DNA of 63,434 bases. It comes from an uncultured Clostridia bacterium (GTDB lineage Bacteria; Bacillota; Clostridia; UMGS1883). Position numbers and translations under genes: made by a program. Positions 9,429 through 20,969 of this stretch are shown here, piece by piece; position 1 is the stretch's first letter; every line of letters begins with the position of its first letter. The DNA is taken from assembly GCA_947630975.1 (NCBI GenBank), contig CANRJP010000003.1:1-63434 (forward strand), given 5' to 3'. A model generated the notes under the pieces. It saw only the letters and a list, made by a program, of their open reading frames with translations. It was not told the origin of the DNA and made no database searches.

Positions 9429-10637
9429 TTATCTCCCGCTGACCTGATAACGTTTGTAGACAAAATATCCTATTGCGGCCATGACGGCGGTCAGCACCGC
9501 ATACAGCACGGGAGCCGCCTGACAGGCTATCAAACGGCGGCCAAACAGGGGCACCGTCGCAAGGCCGAAGGCGTTCCAGTGGGCGGCGATATTGGCCGGA
9601 AGATAGTCGTAGAGCTGGCCCAATATCCGGTATTTCTCGGGGATATTGAAAAATATGTTGATAACTATCAGCGTGAAGGTCACGCCCAAGCTCGCCACAC
9701 CGCTGCGGGTCAGCTCGGACACAAGCATGACGAACATCCCGACGACAACGGCGGCGGCCACAATCAGCCCGTAGCAGATCAAAGCTCCCTGCCCCACCGT
9801 TATGGGCAGAGGCAGTACCGTCCGAGAAAGCTGGATCGGCGCACCGAAGCCGTCGATACCGTATATTCCCAGCATCGCGGCAAAAATAACCGCCGTCATT
9901 ACCAGAGCGAAGCTCCCCGCAAAGGTGCCTCCGGCCAGAATTTTGGCCAGATATAGCTGCTTTTTGCCGTTTTTACTGCACAAATTGAGCTGATCCGTCT
10001 TTCGGCTGTGCTCCACGCTGAAAACGCCCGAAAGACAAACCGCCAGCACCAGCATAAGAAAAGTGTCAATACTATAGGCCACGCTCACCAGCTGCTGCCA
10101 GCCCTTCGCATAGGCGTAGGTCAGGGGACGCTCGACCTTGGCGTCCTCCGCCAGCCAGAACTCTTCCTCGTCCTTCGTGAGGTTATATTTTTTAAAGCTG
10201 TCCTCAAGGCCCTTGAGCCGACGGGCCTCAAAATCCGCCATGTCCGGCTTCCAGACCCGCGCCTCGGCGTCGGTCAGGCCGGCGTTGCTCGTCAGATAGT
10301 AATATATGGCGTCGTAAGGCCGTCCGTAAATCTGATATTCTTTCTTTGTGGCATAGTCCTCGGGTCGGCCGGGGATTTTGTTGAACGCGTCCAGAGTCTC
10401 GGCTAACAAAACCTCGTCCACCTTGCGGCCGGTCAGGGCTTTTTCGTACTCCATATCCTGAAGCATCCTTTCCTTGCTTGTGGAAATCTTTTCTCCGTTT
10501 ACGGTGTAGTCGCCTATAAACCGTTCTGACGCCCCGAACAGCGTCAAAACAAGCATGAAGCCGAAACAAAACCAGACGATTTTGCGCCCGTATATCTTTT
10601 TCAGCTCATATTTGAAAATTGTACCGAAATTTTTCAT
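9429..10637 (-). CDS. ABC-2 type transporter permease
   Basis: 402 aa. It has one N-terminal TM segment, a large loop and a C-terminal multi-TM bundle. Its ATG overlaps the upstream ATPase stop (ATGA). Confidence 0.8.
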   Translation of the reverse strand: MKNFGTIFKYELKKIYGRKIVWFCFGFMLVLTLFGASERFIGDYTVNGEKISTSKERMLQDMEYEKALTGRKVDEVLLAETLDAFNKIPGRPEDYATKKEYQIYGRPYDAIYYYLTSNAGLTDAEARVWKPDMADFEARRLKGLEDSFKKYNLTKDEEEFWLAEDAKVERPLTYAYAKGWQQLVSVAYSIDTFLMLVLAVCLSGVFSVEHSRKTDQLNLCSKNGKKQLYLAKILAGGTFAGSFALVMTAVIFAAMLGIYGIDGFGAPIQLSRTVLPLPITVGQGALICYGLIVAAAVVVGMFVMLVSELTRSGVASLGVTFTLIVINIFFNIPEKYRILGQLYDYLPANIAAHWNAFGLATVPLFGRRLIACQAAPVLYAVLTAVMAAIGYFVYKRYQVSGR

Positions 10638-11332
10638 CTCTGTGCCTCCCCGAACTGCTCAAGATAGAACTGCTCCAAATCTTTGTTTTCGTCCCATTTG
10701 CCGTCGTAAATCATGCGGCCCTCCTTCATCATCACCACTCTGTCGGCGATATGCTCCACATCGGACACAATGTGAGTGGACAGGAGAACGACGCTCCTCT
10801 CTCCCAGCCCGGCGATCAGCTCCCGAAAGCGCACCCTCTCCCTGGGGTCAAGGCCGGCTGTGGGCTCGTCCAGAACCAGCAGAGACGGGTCGTTCAAAAG
10901 GGCCTGCGCTATGCCGAGACGCTGCTTCATGCCGCCGGAATAGGTTTTTATCTTTTTCTTTCCGTCGCCGCCCAGTCCCACGGTCGCGAGGAGCTCCCCG
11001 GCCTTTGATTTGGCGTCAGCCTTTGTCATGCCCTTGAGAGCGGCGAGGTACAGCAAAAAGTCCATGCCGGTAAAGTCCGGATAATAGCCGAAATCCTGGG
11101 GCAGATAGCCCAGCAGCGAACGGTATTCCTCGGTGGACGCATCCAGTCCGTCAAAGCTTACGCCGCCCCCCGTGGGCCGCAGGATGCCGCATATCATCCG
11201 CATGAGCGTAGTCTTGCCGGCGCCGTTGGCCCCCAGCAGACCGCACACCCCCTTGCGCAGCTTCAGGGACACACGGTCCACCGAAATTTTGCTGCCGTAC
11301 TGCTTTGTAAGTCTGTCTACGATAAGCTCCAA
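10634..11332 (-). CDS. ABC transporter ATP-binding protein
   Basis: Walker A GANGAGKTT, signature YSGGMKQR and Walker B LLVLDEPT are present. The track ORF is over-extended to 11503. A TTG at 11332 preceded by AAAGGAGG gives the usual (M)ELIVDRLTKQYG start. Confidence 0.9.
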   Translation of the reverse strand: MELIVDRLTKQYGSKISVDRVSLKLRKGVCGLLGANGAGKTTLMRMICGILRPTGGGVSFDGLDASTEEYRSLLGYLPQDFGYYPDFTGMDFLLYLAALKGMTKADAKSKAGELLATVGLGGDGKKKIKTYSGGMKQRLGIAQALLNDPSLLVLDEPTAGLDPRERVRFRELIAGLGERSVVLLSTHIVSDVEHIADRVVMMKEGRMIYDGKWDENKDLEQFYLEQFGEAQR

Positions 11333-12039
11333 AGTAAAGCCTCCTTTGAAAAAATGGTTTTTTTGTACTCCGCCGCGGCGACCAAGGCCATGAGGGCCAT
11401 TGCCAGGACCCAGTATTTTACAAGCTCCGGCTCGTAAAGCCGAACGCCGCGAAAAAACAGTCCGACCCCGCTCACCAGCGCCGCCGCTCCAAAACAGGGC
11501 CATCCGCCGCCGGTCTTACGCGTCAGCGGCAGACCGAGACACAGGGTCAGCAGATAAGGCGTCAAAATGTAAATACCGGCCCTGACCGCCGAAATGCCGT
11601 CCCCGCCCCAGACGAGGGACAGGGTACACAGCAGGACAAAATGAACGGCGCCCACCGTTCCCAGCCGGGCGAGGGTCAGACTGCCCAGAGAGAAGCGGGT
11701 GGACATTTCCAGCTCCGCCATTCCGCAGGCCGCCGACCGGGTGTTCTCGGTCACCGCCGTTACCGCCAGCCAGGGCATCAGGGCCGAGGCCGCCCATACA
11801 GACGCCGGCCCCGTCCGGAGAGCCGCCCACACCCCCGCCGCCAGCACCGCCAGCGACAGCAGCCACACCCGTTTTCGGATGTAAGGCAGCTGTATCAGGA
11901 CAAAGCCGAGGCTGCTTACTCCCTCTCCTCTCACCTTCCGCAAAAATTCCCGCTTCCGCATCGGCTCCGGCGGGGCAAATTCGGCGGCGAGGGCACGTTT
12001 CAATTTGTCATTCAAAGACTTGTCATTCAAGGAACTCAC
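11317..12039 (-). CDS. Multi-pass membrane protein, putative anti-sigma factor
   Basis: 240 aa. It overlaps the sigma gene stop by 17 nt and has a short cytoplasmic N-terminus followed by about 6 TM helices. The start is uncertain (GTG at 12039 or TTG at 12030). The N-terminus contains a tandem 15-bp repeat encoding SLNDK twice. Confidence 0.6.
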   Translation of the reverse strand: MSSLNDKSLNDKLKRALAAEFAPPEPMRKREFLRKVRGEGVSSLGFVLIQLPYIRKRVWLLSLAVLAAGVWAALRTGPASVWAASALMPWLAVTAVTENTRSAACGMAELEMSTRFSLGSLTLARLGTVGAVHFVLLCTLSLVWGGDGISAVRAGIYILTPYLLTLCLGLPLTRKTGGGWPCFGAAALVSGVGLFFRGVRLYEPELVKYWVLAMALMALVAAAEYKKTIFSKEALLWSLS

Positions 12040-12478
12040 TCCCTCCCAATTTTTTCTTAAGCGCTTCGGTTATTCCGGCGAGACGTCGGTACAGCGCAAA
12101 TCTCGACACGCCGTAAAGCCTTGCGAGCACCGACATCCGCACCCCGTTGACATACCGAAGGAGCAGGAGCTCACGGTCCTCGGGGTTCAGCTCGTCCAAA
12201 GCCTCTCTCAACACCATGGACGTTACCGTTTTCTCCTCCGGCCCGGGGACGGGCACCTCCTCGGGAAGCAAATCGGGCTTTATCCTGCGGAATTCGTCGG
12301 TACAAAGGTTCCTTGCCACAGTATAGAGATATTGCAGGCTCCGTCCGGTATCCCGATAGCCGCCGCTGTTCAGCAGGCGGAGGAAGGCTTCCTGAGTTAT
12401 GTCCTCGGCCGCTTCACGGTTTTTGAGCTTGTACCAGCAGTATCTGTAAATTTTATCGTACTGTTCCTCAATATTCAT
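12023..12478 (-). CDS. ECF-type RNA polymerase sigma-70 family factor
   Basis: Region 2 (AEDITQEAFLRLL) and region 4 (ELLLLRYVNGVRMSVLARLYGVSRFALYRRL) are recognisable. The start is placed at MNIEEQ (12478), because the track extension to 12556 runs into the MITE. Confidence 0.85.
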   Translation of the reverse strand: MNIEEQYDKIYRYCWYKLKNREAAEDITQEAFLRLLNSGGYRDTGRSLQYLYTVARNLCTDEFRRIKPDLLPEEVPVPGPEEKTVTSMVLREALDELNPEDRELLLLRYVNGVRMSVLARLYGVSRFALYRRLAGITEALKKKLGGSEFLE

Positions 12479-12537
12479 CCCTTCGTCCGCCCCTTTCACT
12501 ATGTATAACGTTCCAAAATCAAAAATGTGCGAAAAAA

Positions 12538-12716
12538 TTAAGGCAATACCGCACAAAGATTATGCACGTATTGCGCCGCAGATTTTTTGACGGAATTACG
12601 AAAACGACCATAGGATACCTGTCGCATTTCAAGGAGTTTTCGTAAGAAACGTCGGAAAAGATGCAAGCAAGACGGGTACAAAGCTCACTTGCGGTCTTTG
12701 TGCGGTATTGCCTTAA
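12538..12716 (+). mobile_element. MITE family A, copy 1: 171-bp core with 17-bp TIR GGCAATACCGCACAAAG, flanked by the 4-bp direct repeat TTAA
   Basis: The TIRs at 12542-12558 and 12696-12712 are perfect reverse complements. TTAA occurs at 12538-12541 and 12713-12716. The core is near-identical to copies at 19224 and 50502 in the opposite orientation. Confidence 0.85.
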
Positions 12717-12735
12717 AAAAGAGTTCCTCACGCAG

Positions 12736-12762
12736 CAAAAAGCCCGGCGGAGCCGGGCTTTC
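12736..12762 (-). terminator. Intrinsic terminator of ppdK
   Basis: On the minus strand, AAAGCCCGGC-TCCG-GCCGGGCTTT is followed by TTTGCTG. It lies 25 nt downstream of the ppdK stop. Confidence 0.7.
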
Positions 12763-12786
12763 GTGTATTTAATTTAACCTATGCGA

Positions 12787-15426
<2,640 letters not shown>

Positions 15427-15547
15427 TGGGGTTTTCCTCCTTATGTTATAATTCATTTTCTATTATATACTGTCCGTGAAAAAATTTCCAGTCTTTTTTG
15501 AAAATTTTTTCATATTTTTTAAAAAAAATTTCAACAAAAAGAGCGCG

Positions 15548-17359
15548 TTATATGGTCGGATTTTTTACATTGGCAATATTTACCTTATTCAAGCCGAAAG
15601 GAACGTCTTTTCGGTCGTTGGCCGGGAAAATAATGATCTCCGCCGTCCTGCCGGAGTCAAAGCCGAACAGCGGCGCCATACAGGGCCGCATCAGCAGCGG
15701 CTGCCTGCGGCGGCCCACAGTTACGGCGGCGCACCCGAAAGCGCCCTCGAGTATAAGATATTTACCGCCGCAATCCTCGGGCAGGGACACCTCGTAGTGG
15801 AGCGGCCCGTCATATCTGGCAAGCCCCTGTTCGCGGACGTTGCCCGCTCCGGGCCTGACAGGTTTTATCAAAGCTTCTCCGTCGGTGGAAAAGCCGCCCC
15901 GCAGCTCCACGGCGGAGCCGTCGGTCTCGAGCACGTTGCGTCCCGGCTTGAGTATTCCCCTGCCGACGGCCATCAACCCGTCGGGGTCGCCGATATTGCT
16001 TTCCGTCAGCTCGTGGCCGTTCAGGCGGACATGGCCGGCGTCCTCCGCTTCCACCGATATGTTCATGTTCTCTCCTATGTAATTGACCTCAAACTCGCAG
16101 CGGCCGTCATTAAGCTCAAGGGGCAGGCGGTTGTCCTCCCAGCCGGCGAACTCCGGTACAATCTCGCTCTTGACCGTCACCGTGCCGAACAGGGCCCCGC
16201 AGCCCAAAAACGGCGGCAAAGGCTCCGCCTCATTCTCGACCGAGGACAGCAGCAAAAGACAGCCGCCGGGCGAAAGAACGCAGTTCAGCTTTTCTCCTAT
16301 GGGCAGGTAGAACCTGCCCTCAAGGTCACCTATGCAGCGGACGTCAAGCGCTTTCAGATCCAGCTCCGCCGCGGCGTCAGCGTCGGAGGGGTTGTAAATC
16401 AGCCGTCCCCCGTCAAAGGCGAAGGAGCGCACGTTCTCCGGCATAAGGCCCTTTTCTTCTCTGACGTTACGCAGCTCGCCAAGCCGAAGGGCTCCGCCGC
16501 ACCAAAGCTTCTCTATAAAATCCGGATACATACCGGTCTTTATCGCGATCCGTCCGGCGCCCTTTTCCACGAGAGCCAGCAGCTCCCGCTGTCTTTGAGC
16601 CACGGTCAGGCCGTCAAAGTCAACGAAAGCGGTCTTACAGTCGGCGTATCTCTCGGCGGCGGGTATGTCGGATTTCGCGTTGGCAATGAGTTCCATTCCC
16701 CACTCCTTACAAAACCTGCAAAGAGGCTTCAGGGCGGTATCGGCAAACAGTCTGCCGGCCAGGCGAAGATACTTTTCTCTCGCCGGGCCGCTGTCCGGTG
16801 AAAACAGTCCGTTAAAAAGGCCGTCCTCGTCCCACTCCTCGGAGGCCAGAGCGTATATCAGCATTCTCTCCGACCAGGGCAGGTCGGCGGCGCCAAAGGA
16901 GGTCACCACGCCGGTCAGCTCGTAGCCCAGAAAGCGCCGAAGCTCACGGCGAAGCTCTACATACGAGCACTCAAGGAAGGCCTCGGCCGCGTCGGGGTCA
17001 AAAGGGTCGCTGCCCCAGAGTCCGCCGCCCTTGACGACCGTCACCGCGAGGCCGTCCTTTTCCCATATGGGCACGGCTCCGCCGCTCTTGTCCGTAAGAG
17101 CCAGCTTTTTCGGACCCAGAGAAGGAACCGAGCTGACCTCGCCCCCAAAGTCTCCGCTTATCTCTCCGGTGTCGTCCCGGAGCCACAGCTCCACCGAATA
17201 ACGGCCCGCGCTACGGCAAAAGCCCCTCAGGACTTCCCAGTCCCCCGTCCTCGGCAGCACTATGCCGCCGTAGCCGCATTCGGCCACGGTTTCGACAAAC
17301 CCGTCAATTTCCCTGAGAGAGAGACCGTCGACCTTTTCCGGCCGCAAAAAAAGTTTCAT
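15548..17359 (-). CDS. Hypothetical cytoplasmic protein, possibly glycoside-hydrolase-like (TIM-barrel-like N-terminus plus beta-sandwich C-terminus)
   Basis: About 603 aa with no signal peptide. The ATG at 17359 is preceded by GAGGTG. The C-terminal stretch LPEDCGGKYLILEGAFGCAAVTVGRRRQ resembles the sugar-binding jelly-roll of GH2-type enzymes. I recognise no family with confidence. Confidence 0.55.
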   Translation of the reverse strand: MKLFLRPEKVDGLSLREIDGFVETVAECGYGGIVLPRTGDWEVLRGFCRSAGRYSVELWLRDDTGEISGDFGGEVSSVPSLGPKKLALTDKSGGAVPIWEKDGLAVTVVKGGGLWGSDPFDPDAAEAFLECSYVELRRELRRFLGYELTGVVTSFGAADLPWSERMLIYALASEEWDEDGLFNGLFSPDSGPAREKYLRLAGRLFADTALKPLCRFCKEWGMELIANAKSDIPAAERYADCKTAFVDFDGLTVAQRQRELLALVEKGAGRIAIKTGMYPDFIEKLWCGGALRLGELRNVREEKGLMPENVRSFAFDGGRLIYNPSDADAAAELDLKALDVRCIGDLEGRFYLPIGEKLNCVLSPGGCLLLLSSVENEAEPLPPFLGCGALFGTVTVKSEIVPEFAGWEDNRLPLELNDGRCEFEVNYIGENMNISVEAEDAGHVRLNGHELTESNIGDPDGLMAVGRGILKPGRNVLETDGSAVELRGGFSTDGEALIKPVRPGAGNVREQGLARYDGPLHYEVSLPEDCGGKYLILEGAFGCAAVTVGRRRQPLLMRPCMAPLFGFDSGRTAEIIIFPANDRKDVPFGLNKVNIANVKNPTI

Positions 17360-17482
17360 GGCTGTCACCTCATCTCTTTTTTTATTTCTACCATTTCTAT
17401 TATTTTACCATCAAAAATTTATCATGTCAAGTACTTGTGTTAAAGGAAGATTTGTGATATAATGAAACGAGGAGTGATGACA

Positions 17483-18427
17483 ATGCCAATTAAAGTACCC
17501 AACGACCTTCCGGCCACAAAGATCCTTGACAGCGAAAACATTTTTGTCATGACCGAAAAGCGGGCCCTCAGTCAGGACATCCGCCCGCTGAAGGTGCTGA
17601 TAGTAAATATAATGCCCACGAAAATAGCCACCGAGACCCAGCTTCTACGGGCTTTGAGCAATACGCCGCTGCAAATCGACCCGGAGTTCATCAATATGGA
17701 CAGCCACGAGTCCCGACACACTCCGCCGGAGCATCTGGAGGCCTTTTACAAGACCTTCGCGGAGGTAAAAAACGACCGCTACGACGGGGTCATCATCACC
17801 GGCGCTCCGGTGGAGCTGCTGCCCTACGAGGAGGTGGACTACTGGGACGAAATGAAGCAGATAATGGAGTGGACAAAGACCCACGCCACCAGCACTCTCC
17901 ACATCTGCTGGGCGGCTCAGGCCGCTCTTTACTACCACTACGGAATAAAAAAGTATCCCCTGCCGAAAAAGCTCTCGGGCGTCTACCGCCACCGCACCCT
18001 GAATATGCACAGCCGCCTGACGAGAGGCTTCGACGAATACTTTCTGGCCCCTCACTCCCGCCACACCCAGGTGCGGAGGGAGGACATCGAAAAGGTGGAC
18101 AAACTGGAAATTGTGGCCGAGAGCGACGAGGCCGGTGTCTACATAGTCAAGTCCTCCGACAACCGTCAGGTCTTTGTCACCGGCCACAGCGAGTACGAGT
18201 TCGACACTCTCGACAAGGAGTACCGCCGTGATTTGGAAAAGGGTTTAAATCCCGACATTCCCGTGAATTACTATCCCGACGGCGATCCGTCAAAGACTCC
18301 GCCGGTGACATGGCGCAGCCACAACCATCTTCTCTTTACCAACTGGCTCAACTACTTTGTATACCAGACCACGCCCTATTCGCTGGAAAAGGTGGGAACG
18401 GAGGTAACCGATGAAGAAAACTGTTAA
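17483..18427 (+). CDS. metA: Homoserine O-acyltransferase (MetA family)
   Basis: [25 protein letters not shown] and [15 protein letters not shown] are present. The start is at 17483 with GGAG 8 nt upstream. The earlier ATG at 17462 lies inside the -10 box. Confidence 0.93.
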   Translation: MPIKVPNDLPATKILDSENIFVMTEKRALSQDIRPLKVLIVNIMPTKIATETQLLRALSNTPLQIDPEFINMDSHESRHTPPEHLEAFYKTFAEVKNDRYDGVIITGAPVELLPYEEVDYWDEMKQIMEWTKTHATSTLHICWAAQAALYYHYGIKKYPLPKKLSGVYRHRTLNMHSRLTRGFDEYFLAPHSRHTQVRREDIEKVDKLEIVAESDEAGVYIVKSSDNRQVFVTGHSEYEFDTLDKEYRRDLEKGLNPDIPVNYYPDGDPSKTPPVTWRSHNHLLFTNWLNYFVYQTTPYSLEKVGTEVTDEENC

Positions 18428-18935
18428 AATTCCCATGTCATACAGAGTCCTGTACGAACGGGCCTACGATCTGCTGGAAAACGTGACCCCCATAAAGGCC
18501 GACTGCGGTCGGCTCTGCGACAAGGCCTGCTGCAAGGTGGAGGAGGAGATAACCGGAATGTACCTTTTTCCTGAGGAAAACGTGATGTTCCGGGATATGC
18601 CGTCTTACGCGAAGCTCTACGACACGGACTTCGAGTACGACTACGGCCGGTATGCCGACCTTTTCACCTGCGACGGCAGCTGTGAGCGTCACCGCCGCCC
18701 GCTGGCCTGCCGCATCTTTCCCCTGCTGCCCTACTGCAAGGAGGGAGAGGAGCCAAAGGTCATAATGGATCCGCGGGGCCGGGGCATCTGCCCCCTCGCC
18801 CGAACTCTCGCCGCGGACGAGCTCGACCCGGAATTTGTTAAGGCCGTGGAGCGGGTGACGGGGCTGCTCATGAAAAACCCTCAGACAAGAAAATTCATCT
18901 ACGAGCTGAGCAAACAGGTGGAGCAAAGTTTGTAA
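18411..18935 (+). CDS. Cysteine-rich YkgJ/UPF0153-like putative Zn/Fe-S protein
   Basis: 174 aa. It has a [10 protein letters not shown] cluster plus CDGSC, and [19 protein letters not shown] is present and the gene overlaps the metA 3' end by 17 nt. Confidence 0.65.
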   Translation: MKKTVKIPMSYRVLYERAYDLLENVTPIKADCGRLCDKACCKVEEEITGMYLFPEENVMFRDMPSYAKLYDTDFEYDYGRYADLFTCDGSCERHRRPLACRIFPLLPYCKEGEEPKVIMDPRGRGICPLARTLAADELDPEFVKAVERVTGLLMKNPQTRKFIYELSKQVEQSL

Positions 18936-18993
18936 GCTGGGAATACCATACCAATCCAAATTGCTGGCAAGCCCTATAAATAAGGGGGAAAGC

Positions 18994-19161
18994 TCGAAAG
19001 GGAACTCCCTTTCGATAAAAAACATCAAATCCCGGGGCGTGTACCCGGGATTTGATACCTTAATCGGGGTAGGAAATTTGTCCGCAGACAAATTTCCGTA
19101 AGCGTAAGCGCCCGATGCGGAAAAGGGGGCCGTGGGAAAAACCGTTCGGGTTTTTCCCACG
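18994..19161. other. Cluster of four perfect stem-loops without U-tails (candidate structured RNA or repeat)
   Basis: The hairpins are 18994-19015 (9 bp), 19024-19056 (13 bp), 19072-19097 (11 bp) and 19131-19161 (13 bp). Confidence 0.4.
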
Positions 19162-19190
19162 AGAGTTCTGAATTTAATTTAAACTTTCTC

Positions 19191-19219
19191 TTGCAAAACA
19201 TGGAAATTAATGATATAAT
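19191..19219 (+). promoter_or_regulatory. Sigma-70/SigA-type promoter upstream of the SDR/LUD/kdgK unit
   Basis: TTGCAA (19191-19196), a 17-nt spacer, then TATAAT (19214-19219) with an upstream TG (TGATATAAT). Confidence 0.5.
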
Positions 19220-19223
19220 ATAC

Positions 19224-19401
19224 TCAAGGCAATACCGCACAAAGACCGCAAGTGAGCTTTGTACCCGTCTTGCTTGCATCTTTTCCGACGTATCTTACGA
19301 AAACTCCTTGAAATACGACAGTATTCCGGCGTCGTTTTCGTAATTCCGTCAAAAAATCTGCGGCGCAATACGGGCACAATCTTTGTGCGGTATTGCCTCA
19401 A
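19224..19401 (-). mobile_element. MITE family A, copy 2, flanked by the 4-bp direct repeat TCAA
   Basis: The same TIRs are present. The flanking duplication is TCAA (19224-19227 and 19398-19401). Because it differs from the other copies, it behaves as a true target-site duplication. Confidence 0.85.
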
Positions 19402-19434
19402 ACCACTAAAAACTAAAAAAGGAGTTGTGTAAAA

Positions 19435-20235
19435 ATGGACATTCTGAAGGATTTCAGTTTGGAGGGCAAGGTAGCTCTCATCACCGGCGCCTCATATGGC
19501 ATCGGCTATGGCATCGCAAAGGCTTACGCCGCCGCGGGAGCCAAGATAGTGTTCTGCGACATTAAGCAGGAGTTCGTCGACAGAGGCCTTGCCTCCTACG
19601 AAGCCGACGGCATCGACGCCAAGGGCTATGTCTGCGACGTCACCAAAGAGGACATGGTTCAGGACATGGTAAAGAAGATCGAGGAAGAGGTCGGAGTTGT
19701 GGACATACTCGTGAACAACGCCGGCATCATCAAGCGCATACCCATGCTGGACATGACTCCCGAGGAGTTCCGTCAGGTAATCGACGTTGACCTTAACGCT
19801 CCCTTCATCATGGCCAAGGCCGTTATCCCCTCGATGATAAAGAAGGGTCACGGAAAAATCATCAACATCTGCTCCATGATGAGCGAGCTGGGACGGGAGA
19901 CCGTTTCCGCCTACGCCGCCGCCAAGGGCGGGCTTAAGATGCTCACCCGGAACATATGCTCCGAGTACGGTGAGTACAACATTCAGTGCAACGGCATAGG
20001 CCCCGGCTACATCGCCACTCCCCAGACCGCTCCCCTCCGTGAGCGTCAGGCCGACGGCAGCCGCCATCCCTTCGACCAGTTCATCGTTTCCAAGACGCCT
20101 CAGGCCCGGTGGGGAACTCCCGAGGATCTTATGGGCCCGGCGGTATTCCTGGCCTCCGACGCCTCCAACTTCGTAAACGGACACATCCTTTACGTTGACG
20201 GCGGCATCCTGGCCTACATCGGCAAACAGCCGTAA
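19435..20235 (+). CDS. SDR-family oxidoreductase (gluconate 5-dehydrogenase / KduD/DhuD-like 2-keto-3-deoxygluconate-forming reductase)
   Basis: 266 aa. TGASYGIG Rossmann motif, NNAG, and the S...YAAAKGG catalytic motif are present. The N-terminus FSLEGKVALITG is typical of this subgroup. Confidence 0.9.
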   Translation: MDILKDFSLEGKVALITGASYGIGYGIAKAYAAAGAKIVFCDIKQEFVDRGLASYEADGIDAKGYVCDVTKEDMVQDMVKKIEEEVGVVDILVNNAGIIKRIPMLDMTPEEFRQVIDVDLNAPFIMAKAVIPSMIKKGHGKIINICSMMSELGRETVSAYAAAKGGLKMLTRNICSEYGEYNIQCNGIGPGYIATPQTAPLRERQADGSRHPFDQFIVSKTPQARWGTPEDLMGPAVFLASDASNFVNGHILYVDGGILAYIGKQP

Positions 20236-20288
20236 TGCGGCGCACAAAGACAAACTCATAAAAGACACATAAAAAAGGAGGATGAAAA

Positions 20289-20927
20289 ATGCATTGGGTT
20301 AAAAAGTGGTATTGGCAGTGCATGGCACGGGAGGCCGTGGACATCTTTAATAAAAAGGGCTATGACGCCCACTACGCCGAGGACACCGAGGAGGCCAAAA
20401 AGATAATTCTTGACATGATACCCGAGGGCTCGTCCGTGGCCGTGGGCGGCAGCATGACCCTTGACGCCATGGGCCTTGTGGACATATTCCGCACGGACAA
20501 ATATAAGTTCTTCGAGAGGTTCAAGACCAGCGGCTACGCCGAAACCTATCAGGTTTACCGGCAGTCATTTTTGGCGGACTTTCTGGTTACCGGCTCCAGC
20601 GCGATTACCCGCAACGGCGAAATCGTGAACACCGACTCCAGCGGCAACCGGGCGGCGGGAATTATTCTCGGCCCCGAGCGCGTCATTATCGCCGTGGGCG
20701 CAAACAAGCTTGTTGACGACCTGCCGGCGGCTTTCGACCGCATCAAGAAGGTTGCCCCCCAGAACGCCAAGCGCATCGGGCACCACTGCCCCTGCGTGGA
20801 GACGGGCTACTGCGTCAACTGCGACCATCCCGAGAGCGTCTGCAATGCCACCAGTATAATACATAACGGCCGCAAACACCCTGGCCGCTACTCCATAGTC
20901 ATTATCGCGGAGGAATTGGGACTCTGA
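20289..20927 (+). CDS. LUD-domain (YkgG/LutC-like, DUF162) protein
   Basis: 212 aa with a GGAGG RBS. The N-terminal pattern AVDIFNKKGYDAHYAEDTEEAKKIIL, an internal GSSAITRNGEIVN and a C-terminal Cys cluster are typical of the family. Confidence 0.75.
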   Translation: MHWVKKWYWQCMAREAVDIFNKKGYDAHYAEDTEEAKKIILDMIPEGSSVAVGGSMTLDAMGLVDIFRTDKYKFFERFKTSGYAETYQVYRQSFLADFLVTGSSAITRNGEIVNTDSSGNRAAGIILGPERVIIAVGANKLVDDLPAAFDRIKKVAPQNAKRIGHHCPCVETGYCVNCDHPESVCNATSIIHNGRKHPGRYSIVIIAEELGL

Positions 20928-20969
20928 TCCCCCGTATATGACCGGCAAATTTGAAAGGACTTGATACCG

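Noticed and set aside
10634-11503. Over-long track starts for several genes: ABC ATPase 11503, sigma 12556, ppdK 15456, rnj 24068, HK 42635, GH127 46753, AraC 40766, PL11 37587, GH43-like 8959 and DUF4250 29580.
   Set aside because: The upstream extensions lack RBSs, overlap neighbouring genes or repeats, and add non-homologous N-termini. Internal starts with GGAGG-type RBSs restore the canonical N-termini.
17369-17482. A SAM riboswitch or T-box leader upstream of metA, and likewise upstream of metF (42484-42630).
   Set aside because: The leaders are too short (about 15 and about 70 nt from the predicted -10 boxes). They lack the conserved SAM-I or T-box sequence blocks. Only a simple hairpin is present before metF.
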